Notes: generated by a model not told the origin, from the sequence alone. DNA of 64,000 nucleotides from Candidatus Cloacimonadales bacterium (GCA_963665815.1 OY762463.1:3296001-3360000); one strand, 5' to 3'; shown: positions 1-10,975, numbered from the stretch's first letter. A program made the numbers and translations.

Positions 1-1
1 T

Positions 2-154
2 AACGTTCTCGAAGCTGTTGGAATTGACAGTGAAAAATATACCGGCTATGCTTTTGGACTCGGAGTAGACAGAATAGCTATGCTATTGAATAAAATACCG
101 GATATGAGACTGTTATTCGAAAATGACATCAGAATGTTAAGACAATTCAGATAA
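2..154 (+). CDS. pheS: Phenylalanine--tRNA ligase alpha subunit, 3' end only (gene starts before the window)
   Basis: Manual translation [28 protein letters not shown]...[12 protein letters not shown] matches the PheS motif-3 C-terminus; lies directly upstream of pheT. Confidence 0.93.
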   Translation, partial: NVLEAVGIDSEKYTGYAFGLGVDRIAMLLNKIPDMRLLFENDIRMLRQFR

Positions 155-166
155 AGGATTCTAAAA

Positions 167-2560
167 ATGAAAATTAGTTATAACTGGCTTAAAGAATATA
201 TAGATATACAGATTAGTCCGGAAGAATTAGTTGATAGAATGACTTTTGCCGGTATTGAAGTTGAAGCAGTAGAAAAAAAAGGTGAAGATCTTCAGAATAT
301 TGTTCTGGCGAAGATACTGAAAAAAGACTCACATCCTGATGCAGATAAACTATCTGTCTGTAAGGTATTTGACGGTGTAAACGAGTATCAGGTTGTATGT
401 GGTGCTCCTAACTGCACCGAGAATAAAGTAGCGGCACTGGCAAAAGTCGGAACTCAGCTTGGTGATATAAAACTTAAAAAAGCTAAAATTCGAGGAGTGC
501 AGTCATTTGGAATGCTCTGTTCTGAGAAAGAACTGGGTTTATCAGATGACCACGACGGTATTATCATGCTCCCCGAAGATACACCGCTCGGGCAATCAAT
601 TGCAGATGTGTATAACATCTCAGATACAGTCTATGATGTAGAAATAACCCCTAATCGTCCTGACCTTCTCGGTATGCTTTGTGTTGCCAGAGATCTTTCA
701 GCCTTAACCGGGCTCCCACTCAAGGAACCTGTTCCTGTGCTGACTGAATCTTCCATACCTGCATCAGAAAAGGTTAAGGTTGTGAATAATGCTCCTGAAA
801 AATGCACCCGTTATACTGCCAGATATATCGAAGGTGTTAAGATTCAGGAATCCCCGACGTGGCTCAAGGAAAGACTTGAGGCAGTAGGATTAAGACCTGT
901 CAACAATGTAGTTGATGTAACAAACTTCGTCATGATGGAACTTGGGCATCCGCTTCATGCTTTTGATTATGATAAGCTTGATCAGCATACTATTGTTGTG
1001 AGAACTGCAGCCGATGGGGAAAAAATTACAGCTCTTGATAATAATGAATATACTCTGACAGAAGATGACCTGGTTATTGCTGATGCTGTAAAGCCATCAG
1101 CTATTGCGGGTGTCATAGGTGGAGCCGGTTCTCAGATTACTGAAGAAACAGTAAACATTGTTATTGAATCTGCGAACTTTTCTTATAATACAGTCAGAAG
1201 AACAGGAAACAGATACAAGATATCTACAGATTCATCTTACCGATTCGAAAGAGATATGTCTGATATTAATGCGGAACTTGCAGGAAAAAGAGCTGCTGAA
1301 CTGATTCTTCAGGTAGCAGGCGGAACATTGTACGCAGGATTTGTAGACAGTTATCCTAATCCGCAAGAAACAGTTAACATTAAACTGAGATACAGCAGAA
1401 TCGAACATGTTCTTGGTCTCAAAATCCCTGATGAGGACATTAAAAACTACATCAAGGCACTTGGTTGTAAAATAACAGAAGAAAATGGTGATGATCTCAT
1501 TGTTGAATCTCCACACTTCAGAAAAGATCTGGCACGAGAAATTGATTATATTGAAGAAATAATACGACTTCATGGTTATAATAATGTACCGGTGAAAAAA
1601 GATTACAATCCGGTGATGAACCATACAAAATTTTACCTGAAACGAGAGTTACAGGATCAGATGGTACAGTGCGGTTTCTTTGAAGCTATAAACTGGCCAT
1701 ACTCATCTCCTGATTATCTGAATCAGCTTAAAATTGCAGAAGATGATATCAGAAGAAACAATGTTACGATAAAGAATCCTCTGGGTGCTCAATATTCGAT
1801 TATGCAATCCATGATTCTCCCCAATCTTCTTAAAAACGCTGTTACTAATATTAATAATGGTAATAAAAACGTAAGACTTTTCGAGATGACAAAAGTCTTC
1901 AGCAGATCAAACGACAATACACCTGCACATGAAATACTGGAAATGTGTGGAGTAATGCTGGGCGAAAGCAGTGAAATGTACTGGAAGTCAGAGACTCAAC
2001 CTGTAGATTTTTTTGATATGAAGGGTGTTGTAGAAGATATTTTAAGAAAAACCGCAGAAGCGGAATTCTCTTATGCAGTATCTGTTGAGCCATTCCTGCA
2101 AAAAGGACAGGCGGCAGATGTGTACTATAAAAAGCAAAAAATAGGTTATCTGGGTAAGCTGGATACAAAGATTGCAGAAAGTTTTGATATAGATGAACCG
2201 GTATACTGCATGAATCTTGATGTAGAAATCCTGCTTTCAATCAGAGAACAGAATAAAGCGGAGTTTACTGCTATTCCGCACTTCCCTTCAATAAGCAGGG
2301 ATATATCTTTTGTAGTAGCCAAATCGGTTACAGTAAAAGAAATTATCGATGCCGTAAAGAAGGTAAATCCTAAATTAATCAAGTCTGTAAGTGTTTTTGA
2401 TGACTATCAGGGAAAAGGGATAGAAGACGGTTTCCGTTCACTCAGTTTCAAAATAATATTCCTTTCCGAGACAAAAACCTTGACTGATGGCTATGTTTCT
2501 AAACTTTTCGATAAAATACTGAGTGTTCTCAGAAATAAATTTGAAATAATAATGAGGTAA
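167..2560 (+). CDS. pheT: Phenylalanine--tRNA ligase beta subunit
   Basis: 797 aa; MKISYNWLKEY start, HPDADKL, VVCGAPN, EITPNRPD, C-terminal FDX-ACB domain (RDISF, SLSF). Confidence 0.98.
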   Translation: MKISYNWLKEYIDIQISPEELVDRMTFAGIEVEAVEKKGEDLQNIVLAKILKKDSHPDADKLSVCKVFDGVNEYQVVCGAPNCTENKVAALAKVGTQLGDIKLKKAKIRGVQSFGMLCSEKELGLSDDHDGIIMLPEDTPLGQSIADVYNISDTVYDVEITPNRPDLLGMLCVARDLSALTGLPLKEPVPVLTESSIPASEKVKVVNNAPEKCTRYTARYIEGVKIQESPTWLKERLEAVGLRPVNNVVDVTNFVMMELGHPLHAFDYDKLDQHTIVVRTAADGEKITALDNNEYTLTEDDLVIADAVKPSAIAGVIGGAGSQITEETVNIVIESANFSYNTVRRTGNRYKISTDSSYRFERDMSDINAELAGKRAAELILQVAGGTLYAGFVDSYPNPQETVNIKLRYSRIEHVLGLKIPDEDIKNYIKALGCKITEENGDDLIVESPHFRKDLAREIDYIEEIIRLHGYNNVPVKKDYNPVMNHTKFYLKRELQDQMVQCGFFEAINWPYSSPDYLNQLKIAEDDIRRNNVTIKNPLGAQYSIMQSMILPNLLKNAVTNINNGNKNVRLFEMTKVFSRSNDNTPAHEILEMCGVMLGESSEMYWKSETQPVDFFDMKGVVEDILRKTAEAEFSYAVSVEPFLQKGQAADVYYKKQKIGYLGKLDTKIAESFDIDEPVYCMNLDVEILLSIREQNKAEFTAIPHFPSISRDISFVVAKSVTVKEIIDAVKKVNPKLIKSVSVFDDYQGKGIEDGFRSLSFKIIFLSETKTLTDGYVSKLFDKILSVLRNKFEIIMR

Positions 2561-2563
2561 ACT

Positions 2564-2887
2564 ATGGAAAGCCAAGTTGTATTATCACTTAATGAAAAAG
2601 TTCAGATTTTAATAGATAAATATAAAAAACTGAAAGACGATTACGATAATCTTAGAATGGAAAAAAATGATCTTGATGAAGCTGTAGCAAATTTGACACA
2701 TACATCACAGCAGCAACAGGAACAAATCCAGAATTTGAACAGTGAAGTTTCAAGCAAGAATCTTGAAATTCAGCAGCTGACATCTGAAAAAACAGCCCTT
2801 CAGGAAAGAGTAAGTTCTCTTGAAGCAAAAACTCAGAATGCTGCATCAAAAATTGATGATATCTTATCACAGATAAACGATCTATAG
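2564..2887 (+). CDS. Coiled-coil protein, ZapB-like cell division protein
   Basis: 107 aa heptad-rich coiled coil in the conserved pheT-(zapB)-zapA-ssrS-rny position. Confidence 0.65.
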   Translation: MESQVVLSLNEKVQILIDKYKKLKDDYDNLRMEKNDLDEAVANLTHTSQQQQEQIQNLNSEVSSKNLEIQQLTSEKTALQERVSSLEAKTQNAASKIDDILSQINDL

Positions 2888-2897
2888 GTAGACATCA

Positions 2898-3164
2898 ATG
2901 AAATCAACCGAAGTTGAGATATTTGGGAGAAAATTCAGGCTTAAGGGAGACGATCCTGACAAAATTAAAGCCTATGCTGATTTTTTGAACCAGCATCTCG
3001 ATTCTCTCCAGTCAAAGATGGAGTTTGTTGATCAGAATAAGCTTCTATCTCTCGGTGCAATAATTGTAACTGAGAAATACTTCAATATGGTTGATCAGAA
3101 TAAAATGCTTATCGAAGAGATAAGAAAATTGAATGAAGTCCTAAACTCTGCACTGCAGTTATAA
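2898..3164 (+). CDS. zapA: Cell division protein ZapA
   Basis: 88 aa; VEIFGRKFRL N-terminal pattern, C-terminal coiled coil, conserved synteny. Confidence 0.85.
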   Translation: MKSTEVEIFGRKFRLKGDDPDKIKAYADFLNQHLDSLQSKMEFVDQNKLLSLGAIIVTEKYFNMVDQNKMLIEEIRKLNEVLNSALQL

Positions 3165-3167
3165 ATT

Positions 3168-3339
3168 TTCCTGCGGTATGCGTGATACCCTATTTGTATT
3201 AGAACCTGACATACAATAGGGAGTTGAACAATTTGCGGCGCACAAGCCGGATGCGATCCGGATTTGCAAAGTACACTAAGGGATACACCCACCTTGAAAG
3301 AGGTTCAGAAATATAAATGTTACACGGTACCGCGGGGCA
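3168..3339 (+). ncRNA. ssrS: 6S RNA
   Basis: ~170 nt between zapA and rny, the canonical location; terminal stem CCTGCGGTA...TACCGCGGG, GAACCT/AGGTTC pairing, apical CCGGAT/ATCCGG hairpin; ends approximate. Confidence 0.85.
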
Positions 3340-3368
3340 ATAATAGATTCATGAGGTATAAATAAATT

Positions 3369-4928
3369 ATGAACATACTATTTATTTTGATCGGACTGGT
3401 AGTAGGTCTGGCAGCACCTTTAGCATTCTATTTTGCACGAAAATCAAAAGTTGACAAATTACTTTTTGAATCCCGAGAAACATCTCAGAAAATTATTGAA
3501 GAGGCGCATCAGGAAGCAAAAGTTCTGAAGAAAACTACTGTTTTAGAAGCAAAAGAGGAATGGTATAAGGTAAAGAAGAAGCAAGAAGATGTAATCAATG
3601 ATCGCCAGCGTGAGCTCAGATCATTGGAGCAAAAGTATAATGATCGTTTATCAAATCTTGATAAACGTCTTGACATATTAGATCGTAAAGAACAAAACCT
3701 TTTAAACCTCGAAACGAAAACTCAAGAAAAAGAGAAAAAACTCAATAAAGAAAAACAACAAATTGATGTACTAATTGCCAAACAGGAAGAAGAACTCGCA
3801 AAAATAGCAAACATGACTCGAGAAGAAGCTGTTGAATCCCTTATGAACTCCATGAAGGAAAAAGCTAAGCAGCAGGCGGCAAATGCATGTAAAACAATTA
3901 TTGAAGAAGCAAAAGCTGGTGCTAAAAAAGAAGCATCATCGATTCTGGCGACTGCAGTACAACGCGTTTCCGTAGATTATGTTTCGGAATCAACAGTATC
4001 AGTTGTTTCGTTACCATCAGATGAGATGAAAGGTAGAATCATTGGTAGAGAAGGTAGAAATATCAGATCATTCGAGAAAGCATCCGGTGTAGACTTGATT
4101 ATTGACGATACTCCTGAAGCAGTTGTATTATCCTGTTTCGATTCAGTGAGAAGAGAGATTGCCAGAATAGCTCTGGAAAAACTTATTCTGGACGGAAGAA
4201 TTCACCCGGGACGCATTGAAGAAGTTATTGAAAAGACAAGGCAGGAAATGGATGAAAACATCATGCAGACCGGTGAACAGGCTTGTATGGAAGTAAATGT
4301 TCATAACATTTCTCCTAATATTGTCAAACTTCTAGGTAGACTGCAGTTCAGAACCAGTTATGGACAGAATGTACTTCAGCACAGTATTGAAGCTGCCTGG
4401 GTTGCAGGAATCATTGCAGCTGAACTCGGGCTTGACCAGAAACTTGCAAGAAGAGCAGGATTCCTGCATGACATCGGTAAAGCAATTGACCATGAATTCG
4501 ATGGTTCTCATGCTTCTCTTGGAGCAAATATAGCACGTAAAAACGGTGAAAGTAAAATTATCGTAAATGCTATTGAAGCTCACCATGAGGAAGTAGAGCC
4601 AGCATCAGTCTATGCTGCAATCGTTCAGGCAAGTGATGCTGTTTCCGGTGCTCGTCCTGGAGCAAGAAGAGAAATGCTGGAAACTTACATGCAGCGTCTC
4701 GGAAAACTTGAAGAGATTGCGCAAACCGTTGAAGGCGTTAACAAATCTTACGCAATTCAAGCTGGTAGAGAACTGAGAATCATTGTTGATCCTGTATCTG
4801 TTGATGATTCAAATTCTGTATTTATTGCAAATGATATAGCTGAAAAAATTGAAAAAGAAATGCAGTATCCCGGACAGATAAAAGTTGTTGTTATTCGGGA
4901 AACAAGACAATCTGCACTAGCTAAATAA
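3369..4928 (+). CDS. rny: Ribonuclease Y
   Basis: N-terminal TM helix, coiled coil, KH domain (MKGRIIGREGRNIR), HD domain (LHDIGKA), YPGQIKV. Confidence 0.98.
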   Translation: MNILFILIGLVVGLAAPLAFYFARKSKVDKLLFESRETSQKIIEEAHQEAKVLKKTTVLEAKEEWYKVKKKQEDVINDRQRELRSLEQKYNDRLSNLDKRLDILDRKEQNLLNLETKTQEKEKKLNKEKQQIDVLIAKQEEELAKIANMTREEAVESLMNSMKEKAKQQAANACKTIIEEAKAGAKKEASSILATAVQRVSVDYVSESTVSVVSLPSDEMKGRIIGREGRNIRSFEKASGVDLIIDDTPEAVVLSCFDSVRREIARIALEKLILDGRIHPGRIEEVIEKTRQEMDENIMQTGEQACMEVNVHNISPNIVKLLGRLQFRTSYGQNVLQHSIEAAWVAGIIAAELGLDQKLARRAGFLHDIGKAIDHEFDGSHASLGANIARKNGESKIIVNAIEAHHEEVEPASVYAAIVQASDAVSGARPGARREMLETYMQRLGKLEEIAQTVEGVNKSYAIQAGRELRIIVDPVSVDDSNSVFIANDIAEKIEKEMQYPGQIKVVVIRETRQSALAK

Positions 4929-5705
4929 ATGAAAGTACTCTTTTTTGGTGATGTTTTTGGACGACCCGGCAGACAGGCAGTTCTAAATAATATTGATGAG
5001 CTCAAACAGGAGTTCAAGCCTGATCTTGTAATTGCTAATTGCGAGAATCTTGCATCAGGCAGAGGTGTTACCGAAAAAACAATAAACGCTTTAATTACCG
5101 GAGGTGTAGATTACTTCACCTCTGGTAATCATTTATGGGATAGAAAAGAGTCTTATTATTTTCTTCAGATAGAACAGAGAATATGCAAACCTATGAACTT
5201 TCCGGAAGAAGCTCTTGGATTCTCATACATAGAACACAAAATCAGTGAAGACAAAACAATGTATATTGTCACTATGACCGGTCAGGCCTTCATGAGCAGC
5301 TGTGATTCACCATTTCATGTACTCGACAAATTTATTGAGGAAAAGGGTGATGCTTTGTATTTCGTTGATTTTCATGCTGAATCTACTGCAGAGAAGAAAG
5401 CATTTGCATTGCATTTTGATGGAAGAGTAAGTGCTGTTATCGGTACACACACTCATGTACAGACTGCCGATGAAATAATTTTACCTGGTGGTACAGCTTT
5501 TATTACTGATGCTGGAATGACTGGACCTCATGATTCTGTGATAGGCGTGAAAAAGGAGATTATTCTGGAAAAAATGTTAACCGGTATGCCCAAAAGACAT
5601 CAGGTTGCCGATAATGATCTGACAGTAAATGCTGTGATTCTTGATATTGATATTGACAATTTTAAGGCAGTGTCAATATCAAGAATATACAGAAAGGTTA
5701 GTTAA
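4929..5705 (+). CDS. ymdB: YmdB family metallophosphoesterase
   Basis: GDVFGRPGR, SGNH, DFHAESTAEK, GTHTHVQTAD motifs; follows rny. Confidence 0.95.
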   Translation: MKVLFFGDVFGRPGRQAVLNNIDELKQEFKPDLVIANCENLASGRGVTEKTINALITGGVDYFTSGNHLWDRKESYYFLQIEQRICKPMNFPEEALGFSYIEHKISEDKTMYIVTMTGQAFMSSCDSPFHVLDKFIEEKGDALYFVDFHAESTAEKKAFALHFDGRVSAVIGTHTHVQTADEIILPGGTAFITDAGMTGPHDSVIGVKKEIILEKMLTGMPKRHQVADNDLTVNAVILDIDIDNFKAVSISRIYRKVS

Positions 5706-6551
5706 ATGTTAGAACTCAAGGGAATTAAGGTTTCCAGAAAGATAATTAAAGATATTAAAGAACAGATTGCTGCTGAGAATCTTACACCATATTTGACAAT
5801 TCTCATTGCCGGTGAAGACCCTGCGTCTCACTATTATGCTGATAGTGTCAGGAAGAAAGGTGACAAAGTAGGCATCAAAGTTGACATTAGAAAATTTTCT
5901 GTTGACACTCCACAGGAAGAATTCTGTAATTACCTGAAAAAATGTAATGAAGATTCAGTTGTTGATGCAATAATGATTCAGAAACCACTGCCCCTAGGCT
6001 GGGATGATTCTTATGTATCTTCGCTGATAAATCCTGCAAAGGATGTAGATGGGATAAATCCTTTGAATGCCGGTTTAATGGTAACAGGACAGGATTGTTT
6101 TCTACCCTGTACTGCTGAGGCATCAATTGAGATTTTAAGACATTTTGAAATAGCGACTGAAGGTAAAAAAGCGGTTGTTATCGGTAGAAGCAACGTTATT
6201 GGAAAGCCGGTTGCTATATTATTGTTATCTAAGCAGGAAAATGCGACTGTTACTATCTGCCATAGCAGAACAGCAGACATTGCTTCCGAAATAAAATCTG
6301 CAGATATTATTATTGCAGCGATAGGCAAGGCTGAATTTGTTAAAGAAGAAATGATAAAAAAAGATGCGGTAATAATCGATGTCGGAATCAATGAGATTAT
6401 CAAAGACGGAAAATCCGAATATGTCGGAGACGTTGATTATGCAGATTGTTCGAAGGCTGCTTCGGCAATAACACCAGTTCCGGGAGGAGTTGGAACAGTA
6501 ACAACAGCAGTATTGCTCAAACACGTATTAAAGGCTTGTAAAAATAAATAA
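5706..6551 (+). CDS. folD: Bifunctional methylenetetrahydrofolate dehydrogenase/cyclohydrolase
   Basis: KDVDG, PCTA, GRSNVIGKP, DVGIN, TPVPGGVG motifs. Confidence 0.97.
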   Translation: MLELKGIKVSRKIIKDIKEQIAAENLTPYLTILIAGEDPASHYYADSVRKKGDKVGIKVDIRKFSVDTPQEEFCNYLKKCNEDSVVDAIMIQKPLPLGWDDSYVSSLINPAKDVDGINPLNAGLMVTGQDCFLPCTAEASIEILRHFEIATEGKKAVVIGRSNVIGKPVAILLLSKQENATVTICHSRTADIASEIKSADIIIAAIGKAEFVKEEMIKKDAVIIDVGINEIIKDGKSEYVGDVDYADCSKAASAITPVPGGVGTVTTAVLLKHVLKACKNK

Positions 6552-6651
6552 ACGTAAATATTAGCTGAATATATGAACCCTGTCATATTTTTTATTGACA
6601 ATATGTCTTGTGAAAGACTTCATTGTATCAGTTATTATTGTGGAGGAATAT

Positions 6652-9171
6652 ATGTTTGACCTAAGAAAAAGTGTCATTCTTTTAACGATAATTGTTACTC
6701 TGTTAACATTATCAATTATGTCTTGTAAAAAGACAGGAAGTCTTCTGCCTAACCAGAAGCCTGTCGTTGAAATAACTTCCTATGAAGGAAAGATGATTGA
6801 TGATTCTTACATTGATGATCCTTCCATAATTGATACTCTTGTTGGTAAAAACGATCTTCAGAGAAGCTTGTTCCAACAGAAGATTTTCTGGAGCGCATAC
6901 GATGTCGATGGCGATGTAACAGGATATGCTTTCAGAATTAAAGACAAATTTAACAATCCACTTCAACTTGCCGGTCATGAAGCCATTTCTGAAGATGGAT
7001 GGGTTTATCATTACAAACCGGGAGCAGATCAGTCTTTCCCTCTTATTTCTGCAGATGGAGTAATTAATCATACTGTTGCTACAATCTGGACAAATGAACT
7101 TTCTGCAACTGTTAACTTCCTCGCTGCAAACAGTGATGCTGACAGCAGTAATACTCCTAATATTTTTGAATTGAAATGTAAGGATAACAGAGGTCTTGAA
7201 TCAGATATTGAAAGAAGGGCTTTTCTTGCATATTCTGAAATTCCTGAAGTTCTCGTTACTACAAGTAAGGGTAATGTTCAGGATAGAGATACAGGTACCG
7301 GATTAAGATTTAAATTCTCAATTAATGATGAAGATCCCTTTATTCCAGCTACTCCTTATTTCTTCAGATACAGAATTTTTAAAATTGATAAAGACACAGA
7401 AGAACCCGTGGATACATCTTCTGCTGATTATAAAACATGGTACACTACTCAATATTATGCAAACATTAATGAAGTAAATATTTCAGGTATTGAAGAAGAA
7501 GACCGTCCTGTATTGACTTCTGACTTTTCAGATGAAGCTCAGACAGATCAGGTGAGTTCTACATGTATTGAAGTTGTTGCATTTGACCTTGCAGGTATTG
7601 AATCTGAAAGCAAGAAAGTATCTTTCAGAGTGCATAACAACTACACTCCTGAGACAATTATGTACGATCAATCCACAAGAGCGCTTGGCGACTATCATTA
7701 TACAATGGTCGAACCTGAAAATCTTGTTGTTCCACAAACTGAAGGTAATGATGGTACATTATACTCAATGCCATTGTTCAGAGACAGAAATAACATAAAC
7801 TCAGTTATTTGGAGTAATAACCTTAAATTGTATTTCTCATGGGGATTCCGTGGTGAATATGAAGATAATGATCCGACAAAAGATAAAGAGAATAAAGTTG
7901 TAGATGCTTCTGCCGCAGATAACAGTTCTTCCTACTATTCTGAGATTCTTTACTTTGACATCAGAATGGAAACAAAAGATGGTGAAAAACTTGATATGAT
8001 TCCTGAATTGCGTACGAACGTTATCTCAGATACGAACGGAACTCAGTGGATCAGAATTCCCAAAGCGCATTCAAGCAGTCAGAAATTTACACTTACTAAC
8101 ATGCAGCCGGATACAGAGGATGATGATTCATTTAATACATTATACGTAAGAGCGGTTGATAATCAGTTCAAAGTAGATGAGACACCTGTTGAGTACAGAT
8201 TTAAAACTATAGAACTGTTACCTTATGAAGATAGAAACAATGTATTGCTTTTATCTGACAAAACTCAGTTTACAACTGTATTACCTAAAGACCGGTTCTA
8301 TGAAAGATATTCCAATCTTTTATCAAATTACTTAGGTTCCGATTCACTTCGTTTTCTTGATATAGAGGAATATGGTTCTGTTCCAACAGCAGCTAATCCG
8401 GGAATTCTATCTCCAACTGATTTTGCTAACAATAAGGTTCTGCTTATAACAAATGAAAGTCTCACCGGTTCTACACTGATGGATACAGAATATGAGGCTC
8501 TCAGAATTTTTTCAATCATCGGTGGAAACTTCATTATTGTTTCTGGAAACGGACATGCTGAAAACTATTCAAAAGCAAGCCTTAATTTCTATCCTTTCTA
8601 CGGTAACGAATTTGGAATGATTCCTATAGTTTTAGGTGGACGTAATGCATTCGCTGAGCATGGTGGAAATTACTTAGCATCAACAATGGCATACTTTGAA
8701 GGTGCTACATCAGTTGCCGGAAGTCCATTTAATGATATTGATCTTAAGCTTGGAGAAACTGACGGAGAGTATGGTTATGTTGTATGGAATAACATTTCTA
8801 ATCATCAACAAGTTCTTGGTGGTTGTGGTGCTCTAAACGATTCAATATATGTTTATGTAGAATATCCTGATAGTTCTAATATTCACTACTTAGTCGGGAG
8901 CTTAAGTACAAATGTTTATGGTTATGAAGTTATGATGAAAAACAATCTGGTTGAATCACCAGGGTATGAAAATTCTGATCATGGCTTAGATAGAAGGTAT
9001 TACAAAGAAATGACTAATGGAGCTTCAATTGCTCGTTACAAAAAAGCACCTACTGCTGTAAATCCCAGGGTTAGAACAAACTACCTTATATGTTTCCCGC
9101 CAACTTTCATGGATCAGGTTCAGATGAAAGATGCAATGGAAAAAATAATGGATGATATACTTCAATATTAA
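6652..9171 (+). CDS. Large predicted lipoprotein with repeated beta-sandwich-like modules, function unknown
   Basis: Start moved to ATG 6652 after GGAGG; hydrophobic signal ending LSIMSC (lipobox); three segments ending FELKCKDNRG / IEVVAFDLAG / LYVRAVDNQF. Confidence 0.7.
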   Translation: MFDLRKSVILLTIIVTLLTLSIMSCKKTGSLLPNQKPVVEITSYEGKMIDDSYIDDPSIIDTLVGKNDLQRSLFQQKIFWSAYDVDGDVTGYAFRIKDKFNNPLQLAGHEAISEDGWVYHYKPGADQSFPLISADGVINHTVATIWTNELSATVNFLAANSDADSSNTPNIFELKCKDNRGLESDIERRAFLAYSEIPEVLVTTSKGNVQDRDTGTGLRFKFSINDEDPFIPATPYFFRYRIFKIDKDTEEPVDTSSADYKTWYTTQYYANINEVNISGIEEEDRPVLTSDFSDEAQTDQVSSTCIEVVAFDLAGIESESKKVSFRVHNNYTPETIMYDQSTRALGDYHYTMVEPENLVVPQTEGNDGTLYSMPLFRDRNNINSVIWSNNLKLYFSWGFRGEYEDNDPTKDKENKVVDASAADNSSSYYSEILYFDIRMETKDGEKLDMIPELRTNVISDTNGTQWIRIPKAHSSSQKFTLTNMQPDTEDDDSFNTLYVRAVDNQFKVDETPVEYRFKTIELLPYEDRNNVLLLSDKTQFTTVLPKDRFYERYSNLLSNYLGSDSLRFLDIEEYGSVPTAANPGILSPTDFANNKVLLITNESLTGSTLMDTEYEALRIFSIIGGNFIIVSGNGHAENYSKASLNFYPFYGNEFGMIPIVLGGRNAFAEHGGNYLASTMAYFEGATSVAGSPFNDIDLKLGETDGEYGYVVWNNISNHQQVLGGCGALNDSIYVYVEYPDSSNIHYLVGSLSTNVYGYEVMMKNNLVESPGYENSDHGLDRRYYKEMTNGASIARYKKAPTAVNPRVRTNYLICFPPTFMDQVQMKDAMEKIMDDILQY

Positions 9172-9188
9172 ACCACAATATATAACTG

Positions 9189-9219
9189 AAAAGGCTGCTT
9201 GTTTAAGCAGCCTTTTTTT
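9189..9219 (+). terminator. Intrinsic terminator after the lipoprotein gene
   Basis: AAAAGGCTGCTT-GTTT-AAGCAGCCTTTT followed by further Ts. Confidence 0.85.
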
Positions 9220-9254
9220 GTCTCAATTTGACAGTTTTAAAGGGGGCTATACAC

Positions 9255-9284
9255 AAAAAAAACCTGCCGTTTCCGACAGGTTTC
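9255..9284 (-). terminator. Intrinsic terminator after ftcd
   Basis: Minus strand AAACCTGTCG-GAAA-CGGCAGGTTT followed by a T-run. Confidence 0.8.
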
Positions 9285-9310
9285 CAATAGATATATCTGT
9301 ATGATCTGTA

Positions 9311-10975
9311 TTATAATTTTGCCATTACTTCTGCTTCTACAGCAAGAGCAAGTTTGTCTGTTTTTTCTGCAATATCTTTTGCTTTTTTACTGATATCTTC
9401 GATGAAAGCTTTGTCAGTAATACCTGCAAGATTGATAAGCACGTTGAGGTATCCGCTTTTTACTGCTGCATTGGCTGTAATAGCTGCAACACCAGCATCA
9501 GAAAGAGCATTCTTGTTACCGATTTTCGCAATTCTTTCGGAAAGCTCAACAGCTTCAAGTGAAAGTTCCATTGTTTCCAGAGGAATAAGGATAGCATTTT
9601 TAGTTGCTTCTTCCATAGCTGTTTCTCTTGTGGTTTTTTCTGCATCGGTTTTCTTAGGAAGCTTAGCAGCAGCCATCATTTTATTGAAAGCGTCAGTATC
9701 TTTATCAATTACCTGAAGCGCTCTCAGTTTGATGTCCTGACCTTCTTCTGCGATAACCATTGCCTTATCCCAGTTCTTTTCATAACCTTTTTTGTTAGCA
9801 GTAAGGTTTGCCACCATTGAAGAAAGTGCTCCTGACATGGCAGCACATACTCCGGCAACACTTCCACCACCTGGTGCAGGTGAATCAGATGAAAGCTCAT
9901 CCATAAATTCGTTGATTTTCATGTTCACGAGATTATTCGTATCCTGAATAGAGTACTCAATGATTTTCTTGTTGATATCGAATTCTCCGAGATCATCAAG
10001 TCCCATTGACTGGATTGCTGTTTCAATAATCATTTTTTCAGGAATACCGGCACATTCACCCATTCTTTTAAGGTAAAATTTACCGGATTCGATGATAGCT
10101 TCCTTAGGGATCAGTCCCACAAGTTCACTACCTGTAATCTGAATATTTTTCTCGAATGCAAGTTCTCTGACTTTTTCCAAAACTGCATGTGGAGGTGTTA
10201 CTTTATAGTTAGTAAGGTTAATACTGATCTGAGCTCTGTTGTATTCATCAATGTACCAGCCGACAGCTTTACAGTTTTTAAAAAGTCCCGGAACCATAAC
10301 TTTGTTTCCGTTTTCGTCTTTAACTATTTTTTTCTTGGCATCACGTTTGAATCTGCCTTTTTCTCTGATTGTAAGAGCAAGGTCATGAGCTTTTTTCTTA
10401 TCGCGTGTATTAAGATTGATATTGTAAGCAATGAGGAATTCACGAGCACTGATTGCAGTTGCTCCTGCTCTTGCGTTAAATTTCTGAGGACCAAAGTCAG
10501 GTTTCCACTCAGGTTGGGTCATTTTTTCAGGAAGTGCTTCGTATTCACCTTTTCTGACGTTGGCAAGGTTCTTCCATTCAGGTTTTGAAGCGGCATATTC
10601 ATAAAGATAAACAGGGATGTTCAGTTCGTTTCCGACTCTTTCTCCGAGTTTCTTAGCGAGTTCAACACATTCATCCATTGTCATGTTTGCCACTGGGATG
10701 AAAGGACATACGTCTGTTGCTCCCATTCTTGGGTGTGCGCCTTTGTGAGTACTCATGTCTATGAGCTCAGATGCTTTTTTGATAGCCTGAAATGCTGCTT
10801 CTACAACACAATCAGGATCTCCAACCATTGTGAATACTGTTCTGTTTGTTGCTTCTCCCGGATCTACATCCAGTAAATGCACGTTTTCAACAGCCTTGAT
10901 TGCTTCAGCGATCTGGCACAATACGTTCTGATCTCTTCCTTCACTGAAATTAGGAACGCATTCGACTATTTTCAT
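9311..10975 (-). CDS. ftcd: Bifunctional glutamate formiminotransferase / formiminotetrahydrofolate cyclodeaminase
   Basis: ECVPNFSEGR, HPRMGATDVCPF, C-terminal SDSPAPGGGS cyclodeaminase motif. Confidence 0.96.
   Translation of the reverse strand: MKIVECVPNFSEGRDQNVLCQIAEAIKAVENVHLLDVDPGEATNRTVFTMVGDPDCVVEAAFQAIKKASELIDMSTHKGAHPRMGATDVCPFIPVANMTMDECVELAKKLGERVGNELNIPVYLYEYAASKPEWKNLANVRKGEYEALPEKMTQPEWKPDFGPQKFNARAGATAISAREFLIAYNINLNTRDKKKAHDLALTIREKGRFKRDAKKKIVKDENGNKVMVPGLFKNCKAVGWYIDEYNRAQISINLTNYKVTPPHAVLEKVRELAFEKNIQITGSELVGLIPKEAIIESGKFYLKRMGECAGIPEKMIIETAIQSMGLDDLGEFDINKKIIEYSIQDTNNLVNMKINEFMDELSSDSPAPGGGSVAGVCAAMSGALSSMVANLTANKKGYEKNWDKAMVIAEEGQDIKLRALQVIDKDTDAFNKMMAAAKLPKKTDAEKTTRETAMEEATKNAILIPLETMELSLEAVELSERIAKIGNKNALSDAGVAAITANAAVKSGYLNVLINLAGITDKAFIEDISKKAKDIAEKTDKLALAVEAEVMAKL

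Noticed and set aside
3095-3292. 65-aa minus-strand ORF
   Set aside because: Antisense to the zapA end and the 6S RNA; no motif
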